IMG/VR virus record: IMGVR_UViG_3300005611_000002 | Location: 64,001-128,000 of that record | DNA length: 64,000 nt | Origin: a virus | Lineage: Duplodnaviria; Caudoviricetes | Reading direction: 5' to 3' (one strand) | Shown here: positions 34,107-44,476 of the stretch, one piece after another | Numbering within the stretch: the stretch's first letter is position 1 | Layout: every line of letters begins with the position of its first letter | The notes under the pieces: model-generated | The model's input: the letters and a program-made list of their open reading frames with translations, nothing else | What the model was told of the DNA's origin: nothing | The model's database searches: none | Program-made: the position numbers and the translations under genes

Positions 34107-35730
34107 CTTGAGTTCTCCCAGTTTGATTATTTGAATTCTTTTTTCTATTTATAAGTAGCGATTCCTCAGCTTCCTGTCCTGGTTCTTCAGGCGGCGGTTG
34201 GTCACCTTCGAAGTCACTCATTTCTTGCTCTTCGTCTTCGCGTTCTTTCTTCATCTGTTTTTCCATTTCTTTCCAATCATTATCAGACATGTAAAGAACG
34301 TTTTTGACTACCCATTCCTTCGAGAAGTACTTACCGATTTGTTCTTCGACTTCACGTAGAGTTGACATCTTTTCACGAAGAATTTCAGCTTGCTTCAACT
34401 CTTCGAAGTAGTTGTCTTTCATGAAGTCATAACGAATCTGATTTTGTATTTCTTTCCACTCTTCAGGATCCATAATACCTTTCAGTATCAGTTGCTTTTC
34501 GAGTAGAACATCAAACAACTGCGAGAACCGCGCACGAAGTCGACGAATAAACTTACTGAACTTCAATTCATCACGACTAATCTCAGATGCACGACCAAAT
34601 GTATACATGGTCTCTGGTTCTAGTCTTGAGATTGGAACTCGAAGTGACTTATAAAGTTGCCTCTGGAAGTACTGTAGATTTTCATCTGTGCCGAGAGCTT
34701 GAGAATTACCGCCAGCAAGAAGATCAACTTCGGTAGATCTTTCACCACCGCGACGTGGGAACCAGAAGTCTTCAGTCATGGTCATGAACCGGCGCGAGTC
34801 ACTAATGTCGCCAGACGTAGAGTCATAGCGAAGTTTATTCTTGTGACGAACCATCATATCATGTAGGTACTGTTCAGCCTTTGCCTTTGGAAGGTTACCG
34901 ACATCGATGTAGAAAATACGTCGTTCAGGTGCTCTTGTCAGTGTATAGATCACAACGGCGTCTTCGAGCATTCGAAGCTGATTGAGTGGCTTGATTGCAG
35001 GATGCAGGTGACCTAGAACCATTGCGTTGTTTTCGCTCAACAGACCAGATGTGATGCGTGCGATCGAGTCCTTTGCAATACGATAACCTTGAGTAGTTCC
35101 GTCTTGTTGAGTACCTTTAGTACTACCAAAGCCAGCTTCGGAATAAAGATAATACTCAGACTTTACTCGTTTGATCGGTATACCGGAATGTGGATCTTTT
35201 TCACGACGATCCATTTCCTTGACAAGTCTTAACTTACGAGGATCAATATACCGAAGTTCGTAGATACCTTCTTTCAAATTTTCCGGATCAATCATTACGT
35301 GATAATTGAGTCTTCCGTCAACATAGAATCTAGAAAAAATATCATACGCGTTATTTGAAAAGTCAAGAAGAGAAAGTACATTATCAAACTCTTCTGTGAT
35401 TTTTTCTTTGACTTTATCTGGAAGATCGGTATCATCAAGAACTACTTCAACGACTTTTTCATGTGAGTCAACGCTGATCGCTTCATTCACAATTTCGTCT
35501 ACAGCCTGAGTAATTTCAGTCTGCATCGCCATGCTACGATACTTAGTCACGAGCTCAGACTCAGTCTTTGCAGCTCCTTCCATATCCAGCATCATACCGT
35601 AGAAACCGCCGAGAGCGTTTCCTACAGTGATAGCACCGTCATCGTTCGTTGGCTCGACGAAGGACATCGGCTGTTTGCTGATGTCCTGCTCGTCTTCGGG
35701 CCTCTTGATTTCAAATCCAAAGATGCGCAT
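34090..35730 (-). CDS. 20: portal protein
   Basis: YIDPRK, NQLRMLEDA.VIY...RAPERRIFYIDVGNLP, EDFW.PRR. Confidence 0.97.
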   Translation of the reverse strand: MRIFGFEIKRPEDEQDISKQPMSFVEPTNDDGAITVGNALGGFYGMMLDMEGAAKTESELVTKYRSMAMQTEITQAVDEIVNEAISVDSHEKVVEVVLDDTDLPDKVKEKITEEFDNVLSLLDFSNNAYDIFSRFYVDGRLNYHVMIDPENLKEGIYELRYIDPRKLRLVKEMDRREKDPHSGIPIKRVKSEYYLYSEAGFGSTKGTQQDGTTQGYRIAKDSIARITSGLLSENNAMVLGHLHPAIKPLNQLRMLEDAVVIYTLTRAPERRIFYIDVGNLPKAKAEQYLHDMMVRHKNKLRYDSTSGDISDSRRFMTMTEDFWFPRRGGERSTEVDLLAGGNSQALGTDENLQYFQRQLYKSLRVPISRLEPETMYTFGRASEISRDELKFSKFIRRLRARFSQLFDVLLEKQLILKGIMDPEEWKEIQNQIRYDFMKDNYFEELKQAEILREKMSTLREVEEQIGKYFSKEWVVKNVLYMSDNDWKEMEKQMKKEREDEEQEMSDFEGDQPPPEEPGQEAEESLLINRKKNSNNQTGRTQDEDLQ

Positions 35731-35748
35731 TATTTAGTTTATCCTCAC

Positions 35749-36282
35749 TTAGGTTGTAGAAATTCCAGTTGTGCCTTCAACTCTCCATAGATCATACTGG
35801 AATGTTACAGAAAATTCTTCGATGGTATCTGTAGCTTCCCAAGCCATTGGAATTGCATCGATAGCGATTGGATACATTCCTTCAAAGATATAAGTACGAA
35901 GCGGGCTACCGTTCTTACCATATTGTGTAATTAGACCATTTGACTTATAGCTTTGAGGAAGAGCTCTTGTATTACTATCATGACTGTTGATCGCATTTGA
36001 CCAAGCTTCCATTGCGTTGCGCACCAGGAAGTCTTCGTCGTTGATAACAGTAATCGGCCAATCTTCAAAAACTCGATCACCTGCATATTTTACTTGTCGA
36101 CCGAAATATGGTACGATAGTAGAACCGAGAGTCGATCCAGGAAGTGCCGCAGTTTTAGCCATAAATGGTAGCTTCAAGTCTGCAGCGGGTTCAATTGGAT
36201 TTGTAATTTGTACTTGGAATAGCGTGGGGCGAGCACCGCCGCCCACAAGCTCTGACTTAAACTGGTTAATATTGAAAGCCAT
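35749..36282 (-). CDS. 19: tail tube protein
   Basis: GGARP.LF, GDR.F..W.ITV.NDEDF, IEEF.VTF.Y. Confidence 0.95.
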   Translation of the reverse strand: MAFNINQFKSELVGGGARPTLFQVQITNPIEPAADLKLPFMAKTAALPGSTLGSTIVPYFGRQVKYAGDRVFEDWPITVINDEDFLVRNAMEAWSNAINSHDSNTRALPQSYKSNGLITQYGKNGSPLRTYIFEGMYPIAIDAIPMAWEATDTIEEFSVTFQYDLWRVEGTTGISTT

Positions 36283-36306
36283 CGTTATCTCCTTTACTTT
36301 TATTTA

Positions 36307-38184
36307 TCAAGCAATTTGACCAACAATCTCATCAAACTCAACACCAGTTCTTGTAGCAACGAATGTAAGTTCGATAATATTGATTGATCTTGCCGGTTTG
36401 ATAAAGATGTTTGCTCTAAATTTGTTTTGATCAATTACATCAGGAGTATTTACCGTTTCGTCAGATATTACTCTGAAGTCGATAATACCGCGACGACCTT
36501 GAATGTCCCGTAGGAGAGGTTCCACTAGGTTTTTGAACTGTGTTCTTGTAAATTCGTCATTGAATTCAAATAGGAACTGTTCAGCTGCAGTAGCAATAGC
36601 TTTTTCAACCGTAATGAAGAGACGACGTACATTGATGCGATCGAACGCGCTTGCAAAGCCTTGACCAGTCTTATCACCAAATAGAAGAATACCTTGACCA
36701 GTAATCGAGATCACGGAGTTGATGTCAGATCCATAAAGCAGATCTCTCTGCGCTTTATTTGGATTGAATGCAAGCTTGACTACGTTCTTGATCACGCCGC
36801 GTTTATATCCAGCTGGAGACTCCCAAGATTCAGTTCTTGACGCAAGACCTGCGATATCACCGTTCAGTGGTACCCAACGGTATACATCATTGTACTTGTC
36901 GTAACGATATTTGTATCCACTATCCATAAACCAATATGAAGACGACTGAACTTGATTACGATAAGCAATCGCACGGTTCATCTTTTCATTTGGAGCAGAG
37001 GGTGAGACAACTGCTTCAAGTGGAGGCGAAAGGAATGCAACGCAATCTTTACGATTATCTACAATATTTGAAATGATGTAGTTCGCAAGATTTGCATGAG
37101 CTGGAAGATTATTCCCGTCAAGTGTTGTAGTACCTTTACCCTGAAGAACGAATGCAATGTCAAGTTCTTTTGGATCTGCGAATAAGTCGTAACCTTCCGC
37201 AAGAGCTCCAAGACCAATGGATGCTTCACCAGATCCGTCACCACCACCCTCAAGTGATTCGTAAGCAGTAGCTGCTACTGAAGCATTAATTACAGAAGCG
37301 CCAGCTTCAACCCAAGCAGATCTATTCTCTAGAACTGTTGGATAATAATTGGTTGTACCATCTGATAATTTTGCACCTTCCGTAGCTGAAACATTACTGT
37401 ATGTTTCAAGAATTGTTCCTGCCGTGCCGGTAATTTCTCCGTCTTCGTCTTTGACGATAATGTGAAGAGAACCAGAACTCGGTGCTGAACCAAATAGATT
37501 TGAATATCTCCACTTTCTTTCTACTTTCAGAAGAGAAAGATCAGTTTGTGAAAGCGTATACTTGTTTGAAAATGATACTTCGATGGTTTGAATTGCAGTA
37601 TTTGAGTCATCAACATCTGCGGTCACTGCTCCAACATTAGTTACAAATAATTCTTGATAACCAACAGTGTCATTACCAATTCTTAGCACATCGTTGTCTT
37701 CGAAAGCATTAGAAATCGTGTTTGCAGCATCAGACGCTGGTGTTGCGGTAAATGTAATCGTATTAGCGTTGAATGTAATAGTACCTGAAACGCCACCAAT
37801 ACTTACAACATCTTCTTCGTAATCGCCTGATGTTACATAAGAAACTTCAAGCGAGTTACCAAGTTCACCAGGATATTTTGCAACAAAGTTTGCTGAGTTT
37901 GCAGTCGCAGCGTTTTCTTCAGCTCGAACCACATAAAGTGCGTTTGAATATGCAAGAAAATCTGCTGCAGTAAAGAATGTTTCATAGTTTTGCCATATAG
38001 TATTCGCGTATGGTTTGCCAAAGCGAGCTACAAGCTGATCTTCTGATGTTACAAGAATTGCTTCATTTACCGGACCCCAACGAAACACACCAGCCATAGC
38101 TGCCGGTGGAGTCGCAATTGCGGGAATCACGGCTGTTGCATCAACTTCTCGAACAATCACGGAAGGGCTTACTGAGAATGCCAT
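36307..38184 (-). CDS. 18: tail sheath protein
   Basis: SP.V.VREVD, F.WGP, YDKYND..RWVP.NGD.AGL, FDRINVRRLF, IKPARSIN. Confidence 0.97.
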   Translation of the reverse strand: MAFSVSPSVIVREVDATAVIPAIATPPAAMAGVFRWGPVNEAILVTSEDQLVARFGKPYANTIWQNYETFFTAADFLAYSNALYVVRAEENAATANSANFVAKYPGELGNSLEVSYVTSGDYEEDVVSIGGVSGTITFNANTITFTATPASDAANTISNAFEDNDVLRIGNDTVGYQELFVTNVGAVTADVDDSNTAIQTIEVSFSNKYTLSQTDLSLLKVERKWRYSNLFGSAPSSGSLHIIVKDEDGEITGTAGTILETYSNVSATEGAKLSDGTTNYYPTVLENRSAWVEAGASVINASVAATAYESLEGGGDGSGEASIGLGALAEGYDLFADPKELDIAFVLQGKGTTTLDGNNLPAHANLANYIISNIVDNRKDCVAFLSPPLEAVVSPSAPNEKMNRAIAYRNQVQSSSYWFMDSGYKYRYDKYNDVYRWVPLNGDIAGLASRTESWESPAGYKRGVIKNVVKLAFNPNKAQRDLLYGSDINSVISITGQGILLFGDKTGQGFASAFDRINVRRLFITVEKAIATAAEQFLFEFNDEFTRTQFKNLVEPLLRDIQGRRGIIDFRVISDETVNTPDVIDQNKFRANIFIKPARSINIIELTFVATRTGVEFDEIVGQIA

Positions 38185-38253
38185 ATTTGTCTCCTTCTAA
38201 TATTTGATGATTGCTTCAATTATATTCTCAGTCTATTTATAAAATCACTAAAC

Positions 38254-39888
38254 TTAGAAGTCCGACCAGTCAGCCATGAAATTGTTTTTAGCTACTGGCT
38301 GAAAACCGGGTTTTAACTCTTCTTGTTCTGTAACATCACCATCCATTATAAATCCAAATGGAAGCAAATCATCCTCGATTTCTTTTTCTGTCTTTTCACG
38401 AAGTTTTGATAGTGTATTTATATCGGTCATGTCCTTGAAGAAAGTCTGATCGGATAACCAAGCAAAGATTACGAGGTTCATGACTAGGTCATCGTGCCAT
38501 CCAGATTCTGCTTCATACGAAGAACCCTTCCTTGAAAAACGAGACAATTCTTGTATTGTATGATAGTCTTGAATGATCAACTGATTCTGTTCTATCAACA
38601 TTTTCAGCATTGAACATCCAACAGACTTTACGGATTTTGTAGTGCGAATACCGTTATCTACTCTCTTACCAAAACCACTTGAAATACGCTTGCCGCTTCG
38701 ACCTGCGTTTTCTGTGAATAACAAGTTTTCATAACCATAATCCATAGTCAATGTATCAGACACTTGTTCGCCGATGTCATTGATTTCAATAAGAATAGCA
38801 GCTTCATTGTAAAGTTTGCCCATCCTAAAGATAATTGAAGCAAAATCCACTGGTCCTACAAAGTTATCTCGATAAGTACAGACCTGTTTATAAGGCATCT
38901 TCGTACAATCGATGATGTTGAATGTAGAATAGTCTAATCCTTTGCCTCGAGATACATCAACCGTCATAAAGTATACTCGATCTTTTTCAGGTTTCTCATA
39001 TTGATAGATACCATCTTTTTCTGTAATTGGTTGTGAAAAGTCAAGTTCTTTGAGTTTAGCACCTGATATGAGAGTATTTGTGCTACCAACAAAACTACAA
39101 TTAAATTCTTGTTCAAATTTTTCCGCGTCGTTGTCTATTGCAGATAAAGTATCTATTTTCCAAGCTTCGTCACGACCTGGCACTTTATCCCATGGTATTT
39201 CAATATATACATATCCATTTCTACCTTCTTGAGCACCCTTACACGTTTTCCAAAAATGGTTGAGAGAATTTGGCGTAGATGTAAGAAGTATTTTTGTAGT
39301 TTTACCAGAAGAAATTGTAGGATAAACTGATGCGAAAAATTCATCCCAATTTTCAAGGAAAGCTGTCTCATCAATATATAAGAACGAGATACTTTTTCCT
39401 CGAATTGCTGAAGACGAAGAAGCTGAGGCTATAACTTTACAACCATTTTCTAATTCTATAGAACCTTTATTCCACTCGACTACACCTTGTTGTAACCATT
39501 TAGGAAGAGCCTCGTATGCGATTTGTACTCTGTTTAATATTTCTCTTGCAGAATCACCTTTATTTGCTAAGAGTGCTACAGTTTTATATTCATTGAATAA
39601 AACATAGTGAAGGATAATTGCAACCGCGGTGGTAGTTTTACCTGCCTGTCTACTCGAATTTACTACAACTCTTCTACCAGTAGTAATTGCGCTTATAATT
39701 TCTTTTTGAAAATCATATAATTTTATCGGAATGAGACCTTGATCAACGTGAACAATATGAATATATTTTTCCGCGAAATAGATAGGATCTTCGGCACATT
39801 TCATATATTCTTTGATAAGTTCAGGAGTCCATTCTATTTCCTGTTGACTTTTTTTGAGTTGAGAGTTTCCTAAATAACCTTCAGACAT
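38254..39888 (-). CDS. 17: terminase large subunit (start 39888)
   Basis: DPIYFAE.Y, RQAGKTT, YIDE.AF, DVSRG.GLDYS, HDDLVM. Confidence 0.97.
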   Translation of the reverse strand: MSEGYLGNSQLKKSQQEIEWTPELIKEYMKCAEDPIYFAEKYIHIVHVDQGLIPIKLYDFQKEIISAITTGRRVVVNSSRQAGKTTTAVAIILHYVLFNEYKTVALLANKGDSAREILNRVQIAYEALPKWLQQGVVEWNKGSIELENGCKVIASASSSSAIRGKSISFLYIDETAFLENWDEFFASVYPTISSGKTTKILLTSTPNSLNHFWKTCKGAQEGRNGYVYIEIPWDKVPGRDEAWKIDTLSAIDNDAEKFEQEFNCSFVGSTNTLISGAKLKELDFSQPITEKDGIYQYEKPEKDRVYFMTVDVSRGKGLDYSTFNIIDCTKMPYKQVCTYRDNFVGPVDFASIIFRMGKLYNEAAILIEINDIGEQVSDTLTMDYGYENLLFTENAGRSGKRISSGFGKRVDNGIRTTKSVKSVGCSMLKMLIEQNQLIIQDYHTIQELSRFSRKGSSYEAESGWHDDLVMNLVIFAWLSDQTFFKDMTDINTLSKLREKTEKEIEDDLLPFGFIMDGDVTEQEELKPGFQPVAKNNFMADWSDF

Positions 39889-40594
39889 ATTCGAAACCAA
39901 ACCCCAATTCTTTATATGTTTTTCCAACTATTGATTTGTCATAATTATTTTTCAAAAATCCATTTTTTGAATGGGAGAGATTTGTTATTTTCTTTTCATT
40001 TGAATTTATACAATAATCGTATAAAGAACTAGTTCCCATACCAAGTTTTTCACAAGCTTCTTTATAACTTTCAAATTTGCCAAGTGGAGTAATAAAATAT
40101 CCTCTAAATTTTGGATAATCTTTACCTTTAAGTTTTTTCATTTTTTCGGAATGATCGGGTCTGCTTTTTCCATAAAAATGGTTTTTTTCACCAGACTTCA
40201 TTTCGCTTAATTTTTTTCTTGTTTCTTCCGAATGTTTTTTGTCATAAAATGGGTTGTTCGATCCTTTCATTTTTTCGGAATGATCGGGTCTTTTTATGCC
40301 TTTCATGTTTGGAGGCATACCACCGCCTTCGGCTATATTCCATCCTATTTCTTTTTTGGGTCTATATTCAATTTCTTTTTTTACTGCTTCATCTAAAGAT
40401 AAATTTTCATATAGTATTTCATATACTATATCGTCATATTTTTTTATAGCATTAGAAACAGCAGAGTGTTTACTATTATTTTTTCTATGTTCAGAAAATC
40501 TTCTTTTTGTATTATTAGAAATACCAATATAACCTTCTGAAAAAATATCAGAATGACATGTTCTTCTGATCCAATAAACAGAATAATTATTCAT
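39881..40594 (-). CDS. free-standing GIY-YIG homing endonuclease with NUMOD3 repeats
   Basis: VYWI...GYIGIS....RF..H, GWN...GG, NPFY.KKHSEETRKK; overlaps gp16 stop and gp17 start. Confidence 0.85.
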   Translation of the reverse strand: MNNYSVYWIRRTCHSDIFSEGYIGISNNTKRRFSEHRKNNSKHSAVSNAIKKYDDIVYEILYENLSLDEAVKKEIEYRPKKEIGWNIAEGGGMPPNMKGIKRPDHSEKMKGSNNPFYDKKHSEETRKKLSEMKSGEKNHFYGKSRPDHSEKMKKLKGKDYPKFRGYFITPLGKFESYKEACEKLGMGTSSLYDYCINSNEKKITNLSHSKNGFLKNNYDKSIVGKTYKELGFGFEYV

Positions 40595-41024
40595 TGTCTT
40601 TGTCACCTTTGATCATCTTGAGTAGATCCGCTGTCGACACAATCAAATTGTTGTTCGTCACATTAGTCTGCGCAGCTTCTTTTGGTCCGTTCTTTTCTTC
40701 GATAGCATACTTTTTCTTTGTCGACATCTCCACGAAGTCTTTGTTTGCATCAAGAAGAGTTTTCATCAGATTTGCCGCAACTTCAAACGCTCGAGGAGAC
40801 TCGTATTGTTTGGCAAGGTCGATCATTTCTTTTAGTGAATCATCACCCTGTTCTATGATGTTCTGAATATTTCGTCGAGCCTTTTCGATGTCTTGAATAT
40901 TTTCATCATCTTCAGTATTTGGCGCTGCCGGCAGCTGCTCTTCAACTACCGTTGGAAGATCTTCTTGTTTCGCTTCTTCGAGCGGTCTCAGACCAAGTGC
41001 ACTAGCAATAATATCGTCATTCAT
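40587..41024 (-). CDS. 16: terminase small subunit
   Basis: ESPRAFEV...L.K, NNN..VST.DL; position. Confidence 0.88.
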   Translation of the reverse strand: MNDDIIASALGLRPLEEAKQEDLPTVVEEQLPAAPNTEDDENIQDIEKARRNIQNIIEQGDDSLKEMIDLAKQYESPRAFEVAANLMKTLLDANKDFVEMSTKKKYAIEEKNGPKEAAQTNVTNNNLIVSTADLLKMIKGDKDNE

Positions 41025-41833
41025 TAGATATCCTCTTCAATTACTCGAATCACTCCCCAATCGTCATCAAATTCGATGTCTGTATATGGTATTGTGTTAT
41101 TTGCGCTTGTTGTTGGTTGACCATTTGCAGTAAGTCCAGGATATACTTGAATGCGCTCTTGTGGATCAGCATTCTCGTCTAGAGTATCATACATATCGAC
41201 TTCAATAAATTTGATAACTTTTTTCTGTCTTTCAGGTCCGAAATACCAGCACTTCATAGTAAAGTTAAGCGTCCATAATACGGACCTTCTTTCTTCAAAA
41301 GAGCCTTCATACAATTCTTCATTTGTAACACCATTGAGCACCAACGGTATATCAATTGGATCTAAATCGTCGATTAGCTTGACAGTTGTTGTCCACTCTG
41401 GCTTGAAAAACGGTAAGATCTGTTCCAATACCTTTACACCATCTTCAGAATACTTAGTCATAATATAGAGTGAAAAATCAAGATTGTATGGAGTAGCTGA
41501 CCACATGAAACTGCGAGAATCGTTCGATTCGGCTTTTAGTTCTTTTCTTAACTTTTGTGTAGAATTAACCTTTCTTGTACCATCATATACCATATTATCT
41601 AATTCGAATGACATGCGAGGAAGAGTAATTGCTGATTTTTTATTTAGTTCTGGATCCTGAGTAATTCTAGCAAGAAACTTTTGAAATGGCCCATATGCGA
41701 TCGGCACTATCATTTTTTGTATTTCGGTATCAGTATTGTCATCTCGTGTGATTGATATCTTATTGAAAAGAGTACCAAAGAGAGCAATATACTTTCGAGT
41801 GGTTGCATTATAGAAATGATTTACGAATGCCAT
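41024..41833 (-). CDS. 15: tail sheath stabilizer / terminator
   Basis: FGTLFN.I, VPIAYGP..KFL, LPRMSFE, EQILPFF.P. Confidence 0.93.
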   Translation of the reverse strand: MAFVNHFYNATTRKYIALFGTLFNKISITRDDNTDTEIQKMIVPIAYGPFQKFLARITQDPELNKKSAITLPRMSFELDNMVYDGTRKVNSTQKLRKELKAESNDSRSFMWSATPYNLDFSLYIMTKYSEDGVKVLEQILPFFKPEWTTTVKLIDDLDPIDIPLVLNGVTNEELYEGSFEERRSVLWTLNFTMKCWYFGPERQKKVIKFIEVDMYDTLDENADPQERIQVYPGLTANGQPTTSANNTIPYTDIEFDDDWGVIRVIEEDI

Positions 41834-41836
41834 GTG

Positions 41837-42520
41837 TCATGCCGTGTTTGCTGTTGGAAATGTAATTGTTTCAGAAAATGGATCGATCTCTGTAAAATCT
41901 ATTATATCATCTCCTTCGTCTTCAAAATCAAAATTCTTGGCAATAGGATCTTTTTCTGCTAGACCTTCAAGTGTACTTATCTGATCTGTTTTTTCTGTAT
42001 CAAAATATGTATCTATATAATCAAATCCAGTACTAAATCTTTCGTTCGAATATTCAAAGAGTTCGCATTTCAGATCAAAAACCTGAAGTGCGCCAGACTG
42101 ATAAAATACACTCTCGTGCTCAACATGAGTAATTTTGAAGAACTTTTGATTCAGTGAAAGATAGATCAAATCACCTTCATTCGGTCTTGTAAGAGTAGTT
42201 TGTACCCTAGTAGCAAATCGTTCAAATGTTCTTCTAGCTACAGTAAATGTAGCAGTATCACGAATCTGTAGTCCAAAGCGAGATAAGAAGTCACCTTCGC
42301 CTTCAAACCCATCAACGCTTTTGACATACATTTCCATTTCATATGCATTGTCAAAGATTGAAAGATCATCTTCATTCAAAATATCATCAACTGCTTGTAA
42401 ACTGCGCGTCAAATAAATCATATCCAGACCATAAATCTGAATACTTTCTATGACTAGATCATCAATCAGTTCTTGCTCATTGAAGTAATCATAATTTTGA
42501 AAGAAGACGTTCGTTGCCAT
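41837..42520 (-). CDS. 14: neck protein
   Basis: EQ.L..DLV.ESI..YG, RP.EGDLIY, FYQ.G. Confidence 0.93.
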   Translation of the reverse strand: MATNVFFQNYDYFNEQELIDDLVIESIQIYGLDMIYLTRSLQAVDDILNEDDLSIFDNAYEMEMYVKSVDGFEGEGDFLSRFGLQIRDTATFTVARRTFERFATRVQTTLTRPNEGDLIYLSLNQKFFKITHVEHESVFYQSGALQVFDLKCELFEYSNERFSTGFDYIDTYFDTEKTDQISTLEGLAEKDPIAKNFDFEDEGDDIIDFTEIDPFSETITFPTANTA

Positions 42521-42523
42521 GCT

Positions 42524-43267
42524 TTATCCAATGAAGTTGTAGGTCAGTGGTTGTAGCTTTTGAACGGCTTCTTCTTCCATTTCTTTACGATCAGCTTTCG
42601 CTTCGGATAAGATTTGTTCGCCGTTGAATTGAACTCCACCCACGAGTTGCATATTTGTGAACTTAGTCAAGTTCAAGCCCCATTGCTCACGAATCAAAGC
42701 AGAAGCATAATTTTGTAACCAGCGATCATTCCACACATCAGAATATGCATCAGGATCTATAATATCATATGCTTCCACGATAATGTATTCACCAGGTACC
42801 ATTAGATCTTTTTTGATGTCGATATAAACACGGTTGATGTGTCGATTATAGCGGATCAAAGGTTTACCAACAAGTATCTCTTGAATGAACTCGAGATACT
42901 GCATTGACTGCCAATAGTGTTGAATATTGTAACCAGTGATGTCTTCGAGATTATTCAGCACAAACTGATATTGAACGTTGAAGAAACCGGCGCCAGTAGA
43001 AATAGAAGAACTCAGATCAAAAATACGAGAAATACCAAGAAGTCGTTCTGGCACTTCGATGTAACCGTTATCAATGTCAGTTTGTGTAAGTTGGTGTTTC
43101 AAATAAATGAGCTGAGAACCGCTGTAGTGATAGTCTCTCCAAAAAGAAATTGCTTCATCTACGCGATCATCAACTTGCTCGTCAGATACATTGATCTGAA
43201 TTACAGGTGCACCGATCTTTCGAAGTACATAATCTTTGAATTCTGCTCTTGTCGTTGGCGCTGCCAT
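42524..43267 (-). CDS. 13: neck protein
   Basis: Y.LR..GAPVI.INV..EQ..D, W...YA.AL...QWG.NL.KF; TATAAATA at 43292-43299. Confidence 0.93.
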   Translation of the reverse strand: MAAPTTRAEFKDYVLRKIGAPVIQINVSDEQVDDRVDEAISFWRDYHYSGSQLIYLKHQLTQTDIDNGYIEVPERLLGISRIFDLSSSISTGAGFFNVQYQFVLNNLEDITGYNIQHYWQSMQYLEFIQEILVGKPLIRYNRHINRVYIDIKKDLMVPGEYIIVEAYDIIDPDAYSDVWNDRWLQNYASALIREQWGLNLTKFTNMQLVGGVQFNGEQILSEAKADRKEMEEEAVQKLQPLTYNFIG

Positions 43268-43323
43268 ACGTGCATCTCCCAGTTTTATTTCTATTTATAT
43301 CGGAAAGAGTTTGCACTTTTTTG

Positions 43324-43351
43324 TTGACAAATTCTGATGATATGTTATAAT
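43324..43351 (+). promoter_or_regulatory. sigma70 promoter antisense to late/accessory genes
   Basis: TTGACA-N16-TATAAT with TG extension; no + strand gene downstream. Confidence 0.65.
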
Positions 43352-43381
43352 AGTACTAACTAAAACAAACTGATAATAGAT

Positions 43382-44140
43382 TCAGTTCCTAATTATATCT
43401 TCTTCTATACAGTTACTACCGTATTGAATCTCTACAATACGTAGTTCATCAGTAGAGTCATTGATCAGTTGATGCCATTGACCAGTACGAATTACTACTG
43501 AATCATGTTTTTGAAGATCTATTTCTTGTAAGTGAGTCTCACGATCACCAACAAGTAACTTACCAACACCATATGATACTATCCAGTATTCGTTTCTCTT
43601 ACTATGCTTCTGAAGACTCAATGCTTTACTCGGTTCTACCACAAGTTCTTTGACCTTAGTTGAAGGACCATCAGCGTGAAGTACTCGATAATATCCCCAC
43701 TTTCTTTCTGTTCTTGGAGTCTTCCACTCAGTCAGTATCTTACTACTCGAATTCATCTTGTGAGTACCGCCAACTCCAAACGCAAACTCAAGTCTTGGGC
43801 TGTTTATCTCATTCTCGGGAATGTTTCCAGGAACACGATCACCACCATTTGCAAAGATGATATGAGAGTTTGGATAGGTATTGAGACTGTGCCGAATTGC
43901 TTCCTTCGAGGATCCATCACTATCATCAAATACAATCACGGAGTCGACCATTGAAAGATTTTTTACTATGTTGACTCTTTCATTGATGTCCATGAATGGC
44001 TGTCCCTTCTTACGAGTCAACCATTCGTTACTATTGATTCCTACAACGAGCATATCACCCAGCTTCTTTGCTTCTTTGAAGTACGCTATATGACCGCTGT
44101 GAAGCGGATCAAATCCACCTGTACATATAACAACTTTCAT
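43382..44140 (-). CDS. cytidylyltransferase-like + cupin (mannose-6-P isomerase-like) fusion
   Basis: TGGFDPLHSGH, RKKG, FANGGDR, SSS; WG.Y..L, LSLQ.H..R.EYW, WH.L.N, EIQYG....EEDI. Confidence 0.85.
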   Translation of the reverse strand: MKVVICTGGFDPLHSGHIAYFKEAKKLGDMLVVGINSNEWLTRKKGQPFMDINERVNIVKNLSMVDSVIVFDDSDGSSKEAIRHSLNTYPNSHIIFANGGDRVPGNIPENEINSPRLEFAFGVGGTHKMNSSSKILTEWKTPRTERKWGYYRVLHADGPSTKVKELVVEPSKALSLQKHSKRNEYWIVSYGVGKLLVGDRETHLQEIDLQKHDSVVIRTGQWHQLINDSTDELRIVEIQYGSNCIEEDIIRN

Positions 44141-44391
44141 TTATAAATTCTCCCTTTAACATAATTATCAGGTTTATCGCATGGGAAGCATAAAATAGTG
44201 TGTCCAGTTTCATGATTGCAATACCACGATTTTCCTCTTTTACCATTTCCTGCTTTATATCTTTGCTCAGGATCTTGAAATTGCTTTAAAGCTTTTTGTC
44301 TTTGAACTTCTCTATTTTTTGGATCATTAAATTATTCTATAGCTTTTTGTTTTAATACTTCGCGAGTTTCTTTAGTATGATTTCTGGTAAA
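44137..44391 (-). pseudogene. C-terminal remnant of a homing endonuclease with internal stop
   Basis: FTRNHTKETREVLKQKAIE*FNDPKNRE...GKSWYCN...PDNYVKGRIYK*; NUMOD3-like; no catalytic domain. Confidence 0.7.
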
Positions 44392-44464
44392 TCTGAATTA
44401 CTGGAGCGCCTATCTTACGAAGTACATAATCTTTAAATTCTGATCTTGTCGTTGGTTGTGCCAT
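44372..44464 (-). pseudogene. orphan duplicate of the gp13 5' end
   Basis: MAQPTTRSEFKDYVLRKIGAPVIQI(YQKSY*) vs gp13 MAAPTTRAEFKDYVLRKIGAPVIQIN. Confidence 0.9.
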
Positions 44465-44476
44465 TTTAGGCTCTTA

